Source: a virus. From it: a stretch of 64,000 bases of DNA. How positions within the stretch are numbered: the first letter of the stretch is position 1; every line of letters starts with the position of its first letter. The position numbers and the translations under genes are program-made. This document shows, in pieces, positions 27,065 to 36,034 of the stretch. The DNA is taken from positions 1 to 64,000 of the IMG/VR virus record IMGVR_UViG_3300008267_000016. One strand, written 5' to 3'. The notes beneath the pieces were generated by a model. It did no database searches and was not told where the DNA came from. It worked only from the letters and a program-made list of their open reading frames with translations.

Positions 27065-27232
27065 GTGTCAAAGACTACCGTCCAGCCCGTAGAAGAGATT
27101 ACTTGGGAAGGCTTGCGTCGTAGAGCTACTGTGCTCGGTATCCCTGCCTGGAAACTTGCGGAGAGTTTTGCCGTGCATGAACGAAATGGCGAGCTCATAT
27201 TTAAAGTTTCTGGCAGTAGCACAAAGACGTAG
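27065..27232 (+). CDS. Small hypothetical protein (55 aa, GTG start; not in track)
   Basis: GAGGTG RBS and TAGACT upstream; MSKTTVQPVEEITWEGLRRRATVLGIPAWKLAE... Confidence 0.6.
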   Translation: MSKTTVQPVEEITWEGLRRRATVLGIPAWKLAESFAVHERNGELIFKVSGSSTKT

Positions 27233-27285
27233 AATTTAATCTCTCTCGGTTAAACTGGAGAATACGGGAGGGATTACGTTTTTAG

Positions 27286-28686
27286 ATGACTGAAACTAAC
27301 GTACCCGCCTGTCCACTTCACGGTGCGCTTCCTCGTGCTCTCCACCCAGAGAATTTCGAAGGGATCGTAACCGTAATTGAAGAACTTATTGAAACGGTAA
27401 GCGGTGTGGGGACTTTAAGTTACTCCAGGTGCCCTTATGGGTATTCTTATAACTTTGAGGGAGTAGTCCGAGCTTTAGAAGACTTAAACGTCAGCGTTAG
27501 TGGCATAAACCTTGGTTTCCCAGACCCTGCTGGTAGCGGGATTATTGGAGGTTCTGGAATTCACGTTGAGTACAGTGGAGGTTACGGAATTATTGAGAGC
27601 CAGATTACTCAGGTTTGGCCTGGTTCTGGTGTAACTCCTGTTTACAGCGGCGAAGGTACAGTTTTTGATGTAAATCTCCTAGGTTTTGCTGGTGTAGATG
27701 TTCTATACAGCGGCACTTATATTCAAGTTTCTGGAACCAAAGACCAGGCTGTAGCTGTTGTTAGTGGTCTTATTGGCGGCGAAGGTATAACGATTGTTGC
27801 AAGCGGCGACACGGCAGTTGTCTCTACCGATTTAGTTGGCCAAGGCTCCGTTAACTTCTCCTACAACAATGCTGGTGTTGGTGTCATATCCGGACAAGCT
27901 CAACAGCTACTAGTTGCTGGGTCTGGTACTAGTGTCCGTTCGAGCGGTGACTATCAGATTGTCGATGTCGGCGTTCTTGGCGGCGGACTAACTGATGTTA
28001 CTTACTCTGGTTCGTTTATTACCGTTGATGGCGGAACTACGTTAGTCGCCGGATCGGGTACAAGCGTTCGCACCAGTGGCGACTATCAAATTGTTGATGT
28101 CGGTATTCAAGCCGGCTCCAACATGAGCGTTGTCTACTCAGGTCAGTTTGTTGGATTGGCCAGTTCCGCCAGCGCAGGCTCCGCTGTGGTGACTGTATCT
28201 GGTGATCCTGGTTTCAACTACATAGGCGGTTCACTCTGGTTTGACACTAACGAGGGCCGTCTGTTTGTTTATGCGTCTGGTAACGGCATAGAAGAACCTG
28301 ATTGGTATGTAGCTAACGCCGAAGCTCTAGCTATTAAGAGTGAAGTGCCACCTTCAGGCACTGGTGGATTTAACGCACCACCGTTAGACGGAACCCTCTG
28401 GTTCAATACCTTGATGGGTTCACTCTTTGTTTACGATTCAACAACAAGTGGTTGGTATGAGTCCGCAGCATCCAGAACTCCTGTATATGACTCGGTAGCT
28501 CCCGTTGCTGCTGTTGACGGCACCTTGTGGACCGATTCGGGCACTAACATTATTCGCGTTTGGGATGGGTCTATCTGGGCAGATGTCACTGCTAGCGGTA
28601 GTCCTTATATTCCGCCTCCTGTTCCTTCTGGTTTAGATGCTGAAGCCGAAGGGGAAGTGATTGGCCTAATCATGGGTCTGAGCTAA
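27286..28686 (+). CDS. Tail fibre/spike protein with SG-containing beta repeats
   Basis: Internal duplication LVAGSGTSVR.SGDYQIVDVG; three G.LW.D/NT...L.VY modules; C-terminal GLIMGLS. Confidence 0.75.
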   Translation: MTETNVPACPLHGALPRALHPENFEGIVTVIEELIETVSGVGTLSYSRCPYGYSYNFEGVVRALEDLNVSVSGINLGFPDPAGSGIIGGSGIHVEYSGGYGIIESQITQVWPGSGVTPVYSGEGTVFDVNLLGFAGVDVLYSGTYIQVSGTKDQAVAVVSGLIGGEGITIVASGDTAVVSTDLVGQGSVNFSYNNAGVGVISGQAQQLLVAGSGTSVRSSGDYQIVDVGVLGGGLTDVTYSGSFITVDGGTTLVAGSGTSVRTSGDYQIVDVGIQAGSNMSVVYSGQFVGLASSASAGSAVVTVSGDPGFNYIGGSLWFDTNEGRLFVYASGNGIEEPDWYVANAEALAIKSEVPPSGTGGFNAPPLDGTLWFNTLMGSLFVYDSTTSGWYESAASRTPVYDSVAPVAAVDGTLWTDSGTNIIRVWDGSIWADVTASGSPYIPPPVPSGLDAEAEGEVIGLIMGLS

Positions 28687-28710
28687 ATTGGCGCTTTCGA
28701 TCTGAGGTTG

Positions 28711-28830
28711 ATGTCCAAACCCAAAACCACAACGCTTATTGTCAAAAAGTTAAAAAAGACTCACCAGGGTCAAGGTCGTCACTCGAAGCCGTCACATGGC
28801 CGTAAACTCAGCCGTGGACAAGGACGCTAG
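28711..28830 (+). CDS. Small basic peptide (KKT.QG.G...RGQGR type; not in track)
   Basis: Manual translation MSKPKTTTLIVKKLKKTHQGQGRHSKPSHGRKLSRGQGR; GAGG RBS. Confidence 0.7.
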   Translation: MSKPKTTTLIVKKLKKTHQGQGRHSKPSHGRKLSRGQGR

Positions 28831-28857
28831 AGTTTATTTATCTGCACGTGATTAGTT

Positions 28858-29250
28858 GTGCTTTTATCTTTTGTAGCTCAGCAACCTATACAAGTAGGTG
28901 ATGCAGTTGCTGTAAGCACTACAGTATCAGGTCAGATAATTCCAGCTAATCCGTCTGGTTTAGTTTCAGCCAGTGTCGTAGGTGTAGCTATAGACACAGT
29001 GAGTGCTGGAGGCCTTTGCAGAGTTGTTAGTGACTCTGCGGCCTCCGTTTACTCCTCTCTTTCTCCTGGTTCGAGTTATTACTTAAGCCCTAGTGGAGGC
29101 TACGTAGTTAATTACGCGACATACGTTACAGAGTTTTATCAACTCGGTGTGTCTAGCTTGTATTTAACTCAACTGGGCATAGCTGTCAATCAAAGCTCTA
29201 TTCGCGTGAACCCAAGTGAGCCTAAGCTCGTCGTCAGTGGTTACTTGTAA
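28858..29250 (+). CDS. Small virion beta protein (cement/fibre-associated type)
   Basis: A...I..GDAV...VVGVA...L.PG..YYLS...QLGIA pattern; paralogue of the next gene. Confidence 0.65.
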   Translation: MLLSFVAQQPIQVGDAVAVSTTVSGQIIPANPSGLVSASVVGVAIDTVSAGGLCRVVSDSAASVYSSLSPGSSYYLSPSGGYVVNYATYVTEFYQLGVSSLYLTQLGIAVNQSSIRVNPSEPKLVVSGYL

Positions 29251-29279
29251 GACGTTGTAGAATTAAAAACATCGCGTGG

Positions 29280-29804
29280 TTGTTGTCGGTGTCAAACAGG
29301 TCGATCTTCAACCGTAATTACACTAGCTATCAATCCGATGGTACTACCGTATTCTTAGCGAACGGTAGGGGTGTTGTTACAAATCCTGCTCCTGAGATAA
29401 CTCTAGTAGCGGGAGCTGCATTAGTTGCCGGTGCTTGCGTAGCAGCTAGTGGTAATTATGTAATCCCGGCCACTGCTTTGAGCGGTAGCCCAACTTATGC
29501 GTTCTCTCCTATAGGGTTTGCTCAGAGTTCAGCTACTGTTGGTAACCCAGTTGTAATTAATTTAGATGGAGTTGTTAATTTAACTGGCGCCAATATCACG
29601 GCTGAGTCTTCGTTAGTGCCAGGTCAATATTATTACCTTTCAAAATTCAACGGTCAGGTTGTTAGATACTCCACAGCTTCTGGAATTATCTCAGGTTCCG
29701 GATCTAATGCGTATGCCGCATCCTCCCCCGTGGGAGTAGCTTTAAACGGAAATCAATTGAGTATTGAGATTGCTCCTCCCGTTCTTCTTTATACTGGAGC
29801 TTAA
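29280..29804 (+). CDS. Small virion beta protein, paralogue of 28858-29250
   Basis: AG..L..G..V...PIGFA...LVPGQYYYLS...VGVA. Confidence 0.65.
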   Translation: MLSVSNRSIFNRNYTSYQSDGTTVFLANGRGVVTNPAPEITLVAGAALVAGACVAASGNYVIPATALSGSPTYAFSPIGFAQSSATVGNPVVINLDGVVNLTGANITAESSLVPGQYYYLSKFNGQVVRYSTASGIISGSGSNAYAASSPVGVALNGNQLSIEIAPPVLLYTGA

Positions 29805-29815
29805 GGAGAAGAGTT

Positions 29816-31327
29816 ATGGTAGTCCGCAGGCCGCTTGTTCTTGTTAGTGGTGCTCTTTCTGAGCTCCCTTTAGGGGATAGTATTGTTACAACTGCTTCTG
29901 GCGGGACACTAACAGCAGGTAGTGGTCTAGTCGGCGGTGGCGATACTAATGAAACTATTCGACTAGACGTTGCTCTTGCGACTCAACCTAGCGGACTCGT
30001 ATTTGTTGGCAACAAAATTGGTGTTGATGGTGTTGCTCTAGTACGTTCTCAACAAGCACTTGCTTCTGGTAACTCAGCTCTACTTAATTCTTCAATTGCA
30101 CTAGCTTCCGGAAACGCAGCTCTTTCTGTAGGTCAGACAGCATTAGCTTCTGGTAATGCTGGTTTATCTGTTGCCGCTACAGCTTTAGCATCTGGAAATC
30201 AAGCCCTATCAATTTCTTTAACAGCTCTCAATTCAGGTATTGCTGCACTTGATGTTGCCAGTGATGCACTTGCATCTGGTAGTGCAGCTGTAACAGATTC
30301 AGCTGTTGCCTTAGCTTCTGGAAACGCAGCTTTATCATTATCCGAAGTTGCTCTAGCTTCTGGCAATGCTGGTCTGTCGAACGCCGTAGTTGCTTTAGCT
30401 TCGGGTAACGCAGCTTTAGGTTTAAGCAATACTGCGTTAGCTTCAGGTAATGCTGCTCTTAGTGTTTCCGTAAACGCTTTAGCTTCCGGTAACGCAAGTC
30501 TTAGCACTTCTTTAAGAGCACTTAGTTCTGGCAACTCTGCATTATCTGATGCTCAGGTTGCTCTAGCTTCTGGTAACGCTGCCTTAAATGTTTCTGTTAC
30601 TGCTTTAGCTTCTGGTAACTCAGCAGTACTTCTCGCAGATCAAGCCCTTGCTTCTGGAAACGCTGCCTTAGTTGATTCAGCTAAAGCACTAGCTTCTGGA
30701 AACGCAGCTATCGTTCTGTCAAATAGCGCGGTGGCTTCTGGAGCCGCTGCAATTCTTTTATCAGACATTGCCTTAGCCTCTGGTTTAGCAGCACAGGCAA
30801 CAGCAGATAAAGCACTAGCTTCTGGAAACTCTGCACTAACTATTGCCGTTAGTGCGCTTGCTTCTGGTAACGCCGGTCTATCTGTTGCGTCGACAGCGTT
30901 AGCTTCAGGTAACGCAGCGCTTGCGGCAGTAAATACCGCACTTGCTTCGGGAAATGCAGGTATTTCTTTAGGTCTAAGTGCATTAGCTTCTGGTAACGCA
31001 GCTCTTCTTTCTGCTTCTGTAGCTTTATCCTCTGGTAATGCTGGTTTAGCTCTTGCTTCCACAGCGCTAGCTTCTGGTAATGCTGGGCTTTTAGTAGGCT
31101 CTAGAGCTCAAGCCTCAGGTAACGCAGGAATTTCTGTAGGCCTTACGGCTTTAAGTTCTGGTAACTCGGCTATTTCCGTGGCCAATGCTGCACTAGCTTC
31201 AGGTAACGCAGCTTTAACTATTGTGCCTGCTGCTCAAGCATCAGGTAACGCAGCCCTTGCAGCCTATTTCGCTAACCCTGGCATATCCCAGGGCGAAGCT
31301 ATCGGTCTAATTATCGCGCTTTCGTAA
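29816..31327 (+). CDS. Long fibre protein with about 29 14-aa repeats (xxALASGNAALxxx)
   Basis: AAGGAG RBS; regular 14-aa period; C-terminal GLIIALS. Confidence 0.85.
   Translation: MVVRRPLVLVSGALSELPLGDSIVTTASGGTLTAGSGLVGGGDTNETIRLDVALATQPSGLVFVGNKIGVDGVALVRSQQALASGNSALLNSSIALASGNAALSVGQTALASGNAGLSVAATALASGNQALSISLTALNSGIAALDVASDALASGSAAVTDSAVALASGNAALSLSEVALASGNAGLSNAVVALASGNAALGLSNTALASGNAALSVSVNALASGNASLSTSLRALSSGNSALSDAQVALASGNAALNVSVTALASGNSAVLLADQALASGNAALVDSAKALASGNAAIVLSNSAVASGAAAILLSDIALASGLAAQATADKALASGNSALTIAVSALASGNAGLSVASTALASGNAALAAVNTALASGNAGISLGLSALASGNAALLSASVALSSGNAGLALASTALASGNAGLLVGSRAQASGNAGISVGLTALSSGNSAISVANAALASGNAALTIVPAAQASGNAALAAYFANPGISQGEAIGLIIALS
30050..31260 (+). 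repeat. Degenerate 42-bp coding tandem repeat (core gcnytngcttctggtaay)
   Basis: Recurrent gcttctggtaa/gcttcaggtaa about every 42 bp. Confidence 0.85.
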
Positions 31328-31328
31328 A

Positions 31329-32840
31329 ATGGCGACTTACCGCAGTCTAGTTTTTTCTAGTGGATTTATATCTGAGACTAGCGACGCAGATAGTGTGTCG
31401 ATATTGGGTGATTTAATCGCTGGTAGTGGCTTAGGTGGAGCTGTATTACCTCTTGGCGTTGACAATACAGTAAGTGTATCGATACCAACAGCAGCCGCAG
31501 CCAGTGGTTTATTAGTTACAAACAACAAGCTTGCTCTAGATGGTGGCGATTTAGTACTATCACAAACTGCACTAAATTCTGGAGTTCTAGCTCAAGCTAA
31601 TTCGAGCGTAGCTCTTTCTTCTGGTCTTGCTTCATTATCTGTTGCCGTAACTGCTGCAGCCTCTGGTAATTCGTCTATATCTGCTTCTTTAAATTCGTTA
31701 AACAACTCTAATGTTGCTATAAGTTCTGGAATACTTTCTTTAGTAGATACTAACTCTGCGTTAGTCGAGTCAAATATAGCTTTAAGTTCAGGATCTGCAG
31801 CTCTTATAAACAGTTCAGAGGCACTTGCTTCTGGTCTGGCTAGTGTAAATACCTCTTTGACTGCTTCTGCATCAGGAAATGCAGCGTCTTTCATTGCTGG
31901 TTCTGCTCTTTCTTCTGGTAATGCAGCTTTATTTAATTTAAATTCTGCTGTTGTATCAGGCACAGAAGCAATCCTTGTTGCACAACGTGCAGTAAACTCA
32001 GGTTACGCAGCAGACCAAGTTAGTACGTCTGCGTTTGCTTTATCTACTGATGCTGTAATCGCTTCAAATACGGCCTTAGCCTCCGGCGTGGTCGCTTTAA
32101 ATGAAGCTAATCAAGCATTTGCGTCTGGCACTTTTGCAGTTCTTGAGGCGAATACTGCTGCAGCTTCTGGCAACCTAGCTGTAAGTGCAGCTTCAGTAGC
32201 CTTAGCTTCAGGGAATGCTGCGTTATTTAACTCAGTACAGGCTTTAGATGACGCTGATGATGCTCTGTTAACAAATTTATTTGTACATTTAATTAGTGAC
32301 GATGCTGTAGAGACCTCTGCGGTAGCTATTGCTTCAGGTTCTGCAGCTATTAATGTATCTTCCGCTGCTATTGCTTCTGGCCAAGCCGCTTTTGCTCCGT
32401 CTGCGATTGCGCAAGCTTCTGGCAATGCGGCTTTAGCTCTTGCCCCTGCCGCCGTCGCTTCGGGGAACCAAGCTATAGCTGTTTCTTTAACAGCGCTAGC
32501 TTCAGGTAATTCTGCTTTATCAAGTGCTTTTAGTGCTCAACTTTCAGGTAATGCAACTATAGCTTTAGCTTCAACTGCTTTAAGTTCTGGCAATAGCTCT
32601 ATATCTGTTTCGTTAACAGCCTTAGCTTCTGGTAATTCTTCTTTAGTAGTCTCTAACGCTTCTCAATTAAATTCTAATAGAGCTATATCCTCTGGTTTAT
32701 ATTCTGCTGTTTCTGGTGTAGATGCACTAAGCGACAGTTTAGAAGCTTTAGCTTCCGGGAATGCCGCGTTAGCTTTAATCGTGGGGAACCCACCCGTCAC
32801 AGCTGAACAGTTAACGGGCCTAATCTTTGCCTTAAGTTAA
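31329..32840 (+). CDS. Paralogous fibre protein with more divergent 14-aa ASG repeats
   Basis: Same length (503 aa), same N-terminal LV.SG...AGSGL.G and C-terminal GLIFALS as the upstream gene. Confidence 0.85.
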   Translation: MATYRSLVFSSGFISETSDADSVSILGDLIAGSGLGGAVLPLGVDNTVSVSIPTAAAASGLLVTNNKLALDGGDLVLSQTALNSGVLAQANSSVALSSGLASLSVAVTAAASGNSSISASLNSLNNSNVAISSGILSLVDTNSALVESNIALSSGSAALINSSEALASGLASVNTSLTASASGNAASFIAGSALSSGNAALFNLNSAVVSGTEAILVAQRAVNSGYAADQVSTSAFALSTDAVIASNTALASGVVALNEANQAFASGTFAVLEANTAAASGNLAVSAASVALASGNAALFNSVQALDDADDALLTNLFVHLISDDAVETSAVAIASGSAAINVSSAAIASGQAAFAPSAIAQASGNAALALAPAAVASGNQAIAVSLTALASGNSALSSAFSAQLSGNATIALASTALSSGNSSISVSLTALASGNSSLVVSNASQLNSNRAISSGLYSAVSGVDALSDSLEALASGNAALALIVGNPPVTAEQLTGLIFALS

Positions 32841-32942
32841 CCCTTAAAGGGCTGCCGACTACAGCGTGGGCTTAGTGTGACATATTTTTGCTAGACTTTT
32901 TTTAGAACATTCAGTTAGACTTTTACTAGGGTTTGGGGAACT

Positions 32943-33260
32943 ATGGCAAGCTTCTATAACGTTGCTAGAGCCAACGTAAACAGCAGCCCGGTAACGGTAC
33001 TGACTTCTGACGCAGATTCTACAATTGTTCTAAGTATTCTTGTTGCAAATAATATTGGTTCTTCTGCTGTTGATTGCACAGTAAGCATGAACACAGGTGC
33101 AACAATTAATAATTATTTAGGTTATACCATTCCTGTTCCTGCTGACTCAAACGTTGATTTTATTGCTAACAAGTATATTCTTCCTAGCGGTAAGAGCATT
33201 CGCGTCACATCTAGTACTTCAGGTCAATTAGATGTAGCAATTTCTTACGTCGTGGTCTGA
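32943..33260 (+). CDS. Small fibre adaptor/connector-type protein
   Basis: IVLSILVAN...IPVPADS......KYIL..G..I.V......LDV.ISY pattern typical of proteins following fibres that end in IAL. Confidence 0.65.
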   Translation: MASFYNVARANVNSSPVTVLTSDADSTIVLSILVANNIGSSAVDCTVSMNTGATINNYLGYTIPVPADSNVDFIANKYILPSGKSIRVTSSTSGQLDVAISYVVV

Positions 33261-33262
33261 TT

Positions 33263-33928
33263 ATGGATAATCAAAATTGGTCTAACTATTACTTCACTAA
33301 AAACGGGTCGGTACCTTCTTATCCTCCTTCTAGGATTCGTCTTTCGTCAGGTTTTACTAAATACACTTCATCGTGCAGTTTAGAAGATCTGCATGATGCT
33401 GGTTATGAAGGACCGATTGAGCTTATTCCTGTTGGAGCCAATCAAAAACGTGTCTGGGATTTTGCTTCTAAAAAATTTATTTTAGTTAGTGCAGAAGGTA
33501 AAGATTCTACACTTGTTAACCGTGAGGTTCGTTCTTACTGTTCTGAGCAGATTAACTGTTTAGACTTAGATGATAAATCTTCTTATGATGATGATTTTCG
33601 TAATGCTTGGAGTCGTTACATAACAACGCTAGTAAATCTTTTAAAGAAACCAGAGTCAGAATTATTAACTTTCGAAGATCTTCCTGAGATTCCCACAGTT
33701 GTGGAGAATCAAGCAGACCACAATGCTAAACTAGCTCAGGACTTTATTAACGAAAATTTCGAACGGTGGAAAGGTCAGTACGAAACCTATGGCTTCTGCT
33801 TCGAAGTTCCGTTAGAAGTTCAACCCTATTTTTCTATTCCGTCTGATTGGGTTGCAGGATCCGAACCCCTACCTCCAGGAACGAGTAGTTACTTCGAACA
33901 CGCTGTACCCCCTCAACCGCTGCCATGA
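33263..33928 (+). CDS. Hypothetical protein (possible tail-fibre assembly chaperone)
   Basis: P.RIRLSSG.T...L.DAGY.GP; W..YI..L..L segment. Confidence 0.55.
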   Translation: MDNQNWSNYYFTKNGSVPSYPPSRIRLSSGFTKYTSSCSLEDLHDAGYEGPIELIPVGANQKRVWDFASKKFILVSAEGKDSTLVNREVRSYCSEQINCLDLDDKSSYDDDFRNAWSRYITTLVNLLKKPESELLTFEDLPEIPTVVENQADHNAKLAQDFINENFERWKGQYETYGFCFEVPLEVQPYFSIPSDWVAGSEPLPPGTSSYFEHAVPPQPLP

Positions 33929-34971
33929 CTTCGAACAAAAAACTAGGTAATTTTACGGGAAAACAAACCCTTCCTAGTGCAGCAGGTGCGCAAGGTGCCT
34001 ACGTTAGTCCTTCTGAGGTTTACCAACAAAGACTTGTCGGAGGGTGGCCGGCCACTCCCGTAGGCGCTTGGGTTGACCCTGGTCAACTTGTTTACGCCCT
34101 TTCTAGCGGAGTTGTTTCTGCTATCAGCGGAACTAACTATGCTATTTGTGATGGTTCTGAGCACGATAGAACAGCTTTCGCCAGCCTTTATGCGGTTGTC
34201 GGCAACCGTTATGGTAACGGTAACGGAATTTCCACTTTTAATACCCCTCCGATGACGCCTCGGTTTGGGTATACAAAAGCAACCACTGGATCTGGTGTCC
34301 AAGCTCCTAGTGGTGTTGCAGTCCTCCCAAACCATACACATACTTTAGAAGTAGGAGGCGTACAAAACCCAGGCCAAGCGAGTAACGGAGGCGGTGGCGC
34401 TACAGATATCGCTTCGTTCACCTTTCAATCTAGTTTCGACGGCGGTGGGGACAACCACGGTAGGCACGTAGAGGTTATCCCACTTTTGTCTAATACGGCT
34501 CAAACAGCACCTGTTGGTACTGTTGTGATTTGTTTAACGCCTAATAATGTTTCAGCTATATCAGCTGTCGCCCCTATCAATACAGTGGTTGCAAGCGGGC
34601 AAGCTCTCAGTCGTACTACCTACGCTACATTGTTTGAGCGGATTGGTACTTTATATGGTAGTGGTAACGGCACCACTACTTTTAATTTGCCCGATTATAG
34701 AGGTGTGTTCCTCCGTGCCCCAGTAGGTAGAAACACTATCCAACCTTCTGGATATAGAAACGGATCTTATGGTGAAGATGGTTTTGTATCTCATCGTCAT
34801 GGCTATAATCCGGCTTATTATCTTGCCAGTGGTGGTAGGCGTTGTGACTATACTCCAATCGGCACTGCAACGACTACACCAGCCTCTGGCCCATCATCTA
34901 TCGGTATTGCTGGTGAAAATAGACCAGCCAACATTACCTGCACTTACTTAGTCGTTGTTTCGGAGATCTGA
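33925..34971 (+). CDS. Tail collar domain protein (two collar domains)
   Basis: CDGS..DRT.FA.LYAVVG..YG.GNG.STFN.P and GQALSRTTYATLF..IGT.YGSGNGTTTFNLPDYRG.FLR; ENRPAN. Confidence 0.85.
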   Translation: MTSNKKLGNFTGKQTLPSAAGAQGAYVSPSEVYQQRLVGGWPATPVGAWVDPGQLVYALSSGVVSAISGTNYAICDGSEHDRTAFASLYAVVGNRYGNGNGISTFNTPPMTPRFGYTKATTGSGVQAPSGVAVLPNHTHTLEVGGVQNPGQASNGGGGATDIASFTFQSSFDGGGDNHGRHVEVIPLLSNTAQTAPVGTVVICLTPNNVSAISAVAPINTVVASGQALSRTTYATLFERIGTLYGSGNGTTTFNLPDYRGVFLRAPVGRNTIQPSGYRNGSYGEDGFVSHRHGYNPAYYLASGGRRCDYTPIGTATTTPASGPSSIGIAGENRPANITCTYLVVVSEI

Positions 34972-34974
34972 TCG

Positions 34975-35514
34975 ATGCTTACCCAAGTTATTTTTTCAGC
35001 TCGGTACTTAGGTCCTTCTTTTGTTGCGAACAACGGCGCAACTTACTATCTGTGTGACGGGCAAGCTCTTTCTCGCACTACTAACTCAAAGCTGAGTGAT
35101 GTTTGGCCGGTTAATGCCTACGGAAGCACCGTAAACAATATTCACTTGCCTCCTTTAGAAGGTCTTTACCTCCGTGGCTATGATTTTGGGTCTGGTCGTG
35201 ACTCGGAAGCTGCAAGTCGAACGGCACTTTCGGGCTCTCTTCCTACCGGAAATAACATCGGTGCTTACCAGCCCGCAAACCTTAAGTTACATACTCACGT
35301 AAATGGACGTCAAGGAGGTTCAGGGCCTTGTGCTGATGGCGCAGGTCAAGACGGAGGTAGCAGCCCTGATACACCTATTATTACCGTTACGTCAAATTCA
35401 ACGTCGCTGAATACGCTTAACTCTACTGTTGCCGCTACAGTCTCTGGTACGACAACCACTGCTTTTGATGTCAGCAACTGCTCCTTCTGGGTCTACATCG
35501 AAGGAAGTAATTAA
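34975..35514 (+). CDS. Tail collar domain protein
   Basis: LCDGQALSRT...LP.L.G.YLRG.D.GSGRD...IG.YQ....K.HTH. Confidence 0.8.
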   Translation: MLTQVIFSARYLGPSFVANNGATYYLCDGQALSRTTNSKLSDVWPVNAYGSTVNNIHLPPLEGLYLRGYDFGSGRDSEAASRTALSGSLPTGNNIGAYQPANLKLHTHVNGRQGGSGPCADGAGQDGGSSPDTPIITVTSNSTSLNTLNSTVAATVSGTTTTAFDVSNCSFWVYIEGSN

Positions 35515-36034
35515 TTTTCATCCTATAGTTTTAGATAACTTTTTAAGCTCTTCAGATTTCTTAATGCTTTCTGAAGAGTTTAACTATATGCCTTTGCGCT
35601 TATGTAATTGGAGTGACTCTAATAATATTAAGTTATTTTTTGGAGTTCGAAAAACGGATAGACCAAACCATCTTGAGTCTTTAGCATCAATTATTTCTCT
35701 TAAGGTTAAAAAACACGTTAAACGTAAATTTTTCTTTAAACGACTTCACTTAAATGGCCAAGTCTACGGACAAGAGGGTCAGCTTCATCAGGATTCACAA
35801 GAACCCACAGATATAACTGTTTTAATTTTTACGAACCGGGAGTGGAACTCAGCGTGGGGCGGCCATTTTTCGTTTGCTGATTTGTCTGATCAAGAAGTTC
35901 ACACTGTAACTTATAAACCAAATCGTGCTGTTATTTTCCCTTCGTCGTTGTATCATTGCGGAAACGCTCCTTTAAGGTTTACCGACCGGATGCGGACATC
36001 TGCAGCTTTTCTCTTTGAGACTTGTGAGTACTGA
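35429..36034 (+). CDS. 2OG-Fe(II) oxygenase (true start uncertain, probably near 35510)
   Basis: IVLDNFL, HQD, W...WGG, P.PNRAVIFPS..YH, R.S. Confidence 0.8.
   Translation: MPLQSLVRQPLLLMSATAPSGSTSKEVINFHPIVLDNFLSSSDFLMLSEEFNYMPLRLCNWSDSNNIKLFFGVRKTDRPNHLESLASIISLKVKKHVKRKFFFKRLHLNGQVYGQEGQLHQDSQEPTDITVLIFTNREWNSAWGGHFSFADLSDQEVHTVTYKPNRAVIFPSSLYHCGNAPLRFTDRMRTSAAFLFETCEY

Noticed and set aside
26890-27222. 110-aa minus-strand ORF in the non-coding hub
   Set aside because: No RBS or motif, and it overlaps a better-supported + strand ORF (27065-27232) that has an RBS and a -10 hexamer.
30050-32780. Regular ~42-bp nucleotide periodicity resembling a CRISPR array
   Set aside because: Repeats vary at synonymous positions and sit in frame within fibre genes; no cas genes and no identical repeats with unique spacers.
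29816-32840. Resemblance to ice-nucleation protein repeats
   Set aside because: Period is 14 (two heptads) with Ala/Leu cores rather than the 8/16-residue AGYGST/TxT beta-solenoid pattern.
33925-35514. Diversity-generating retroelement targeting fibre tips
   Set aside because: No reverse transcriptase and no template/variable repeat pair visible.
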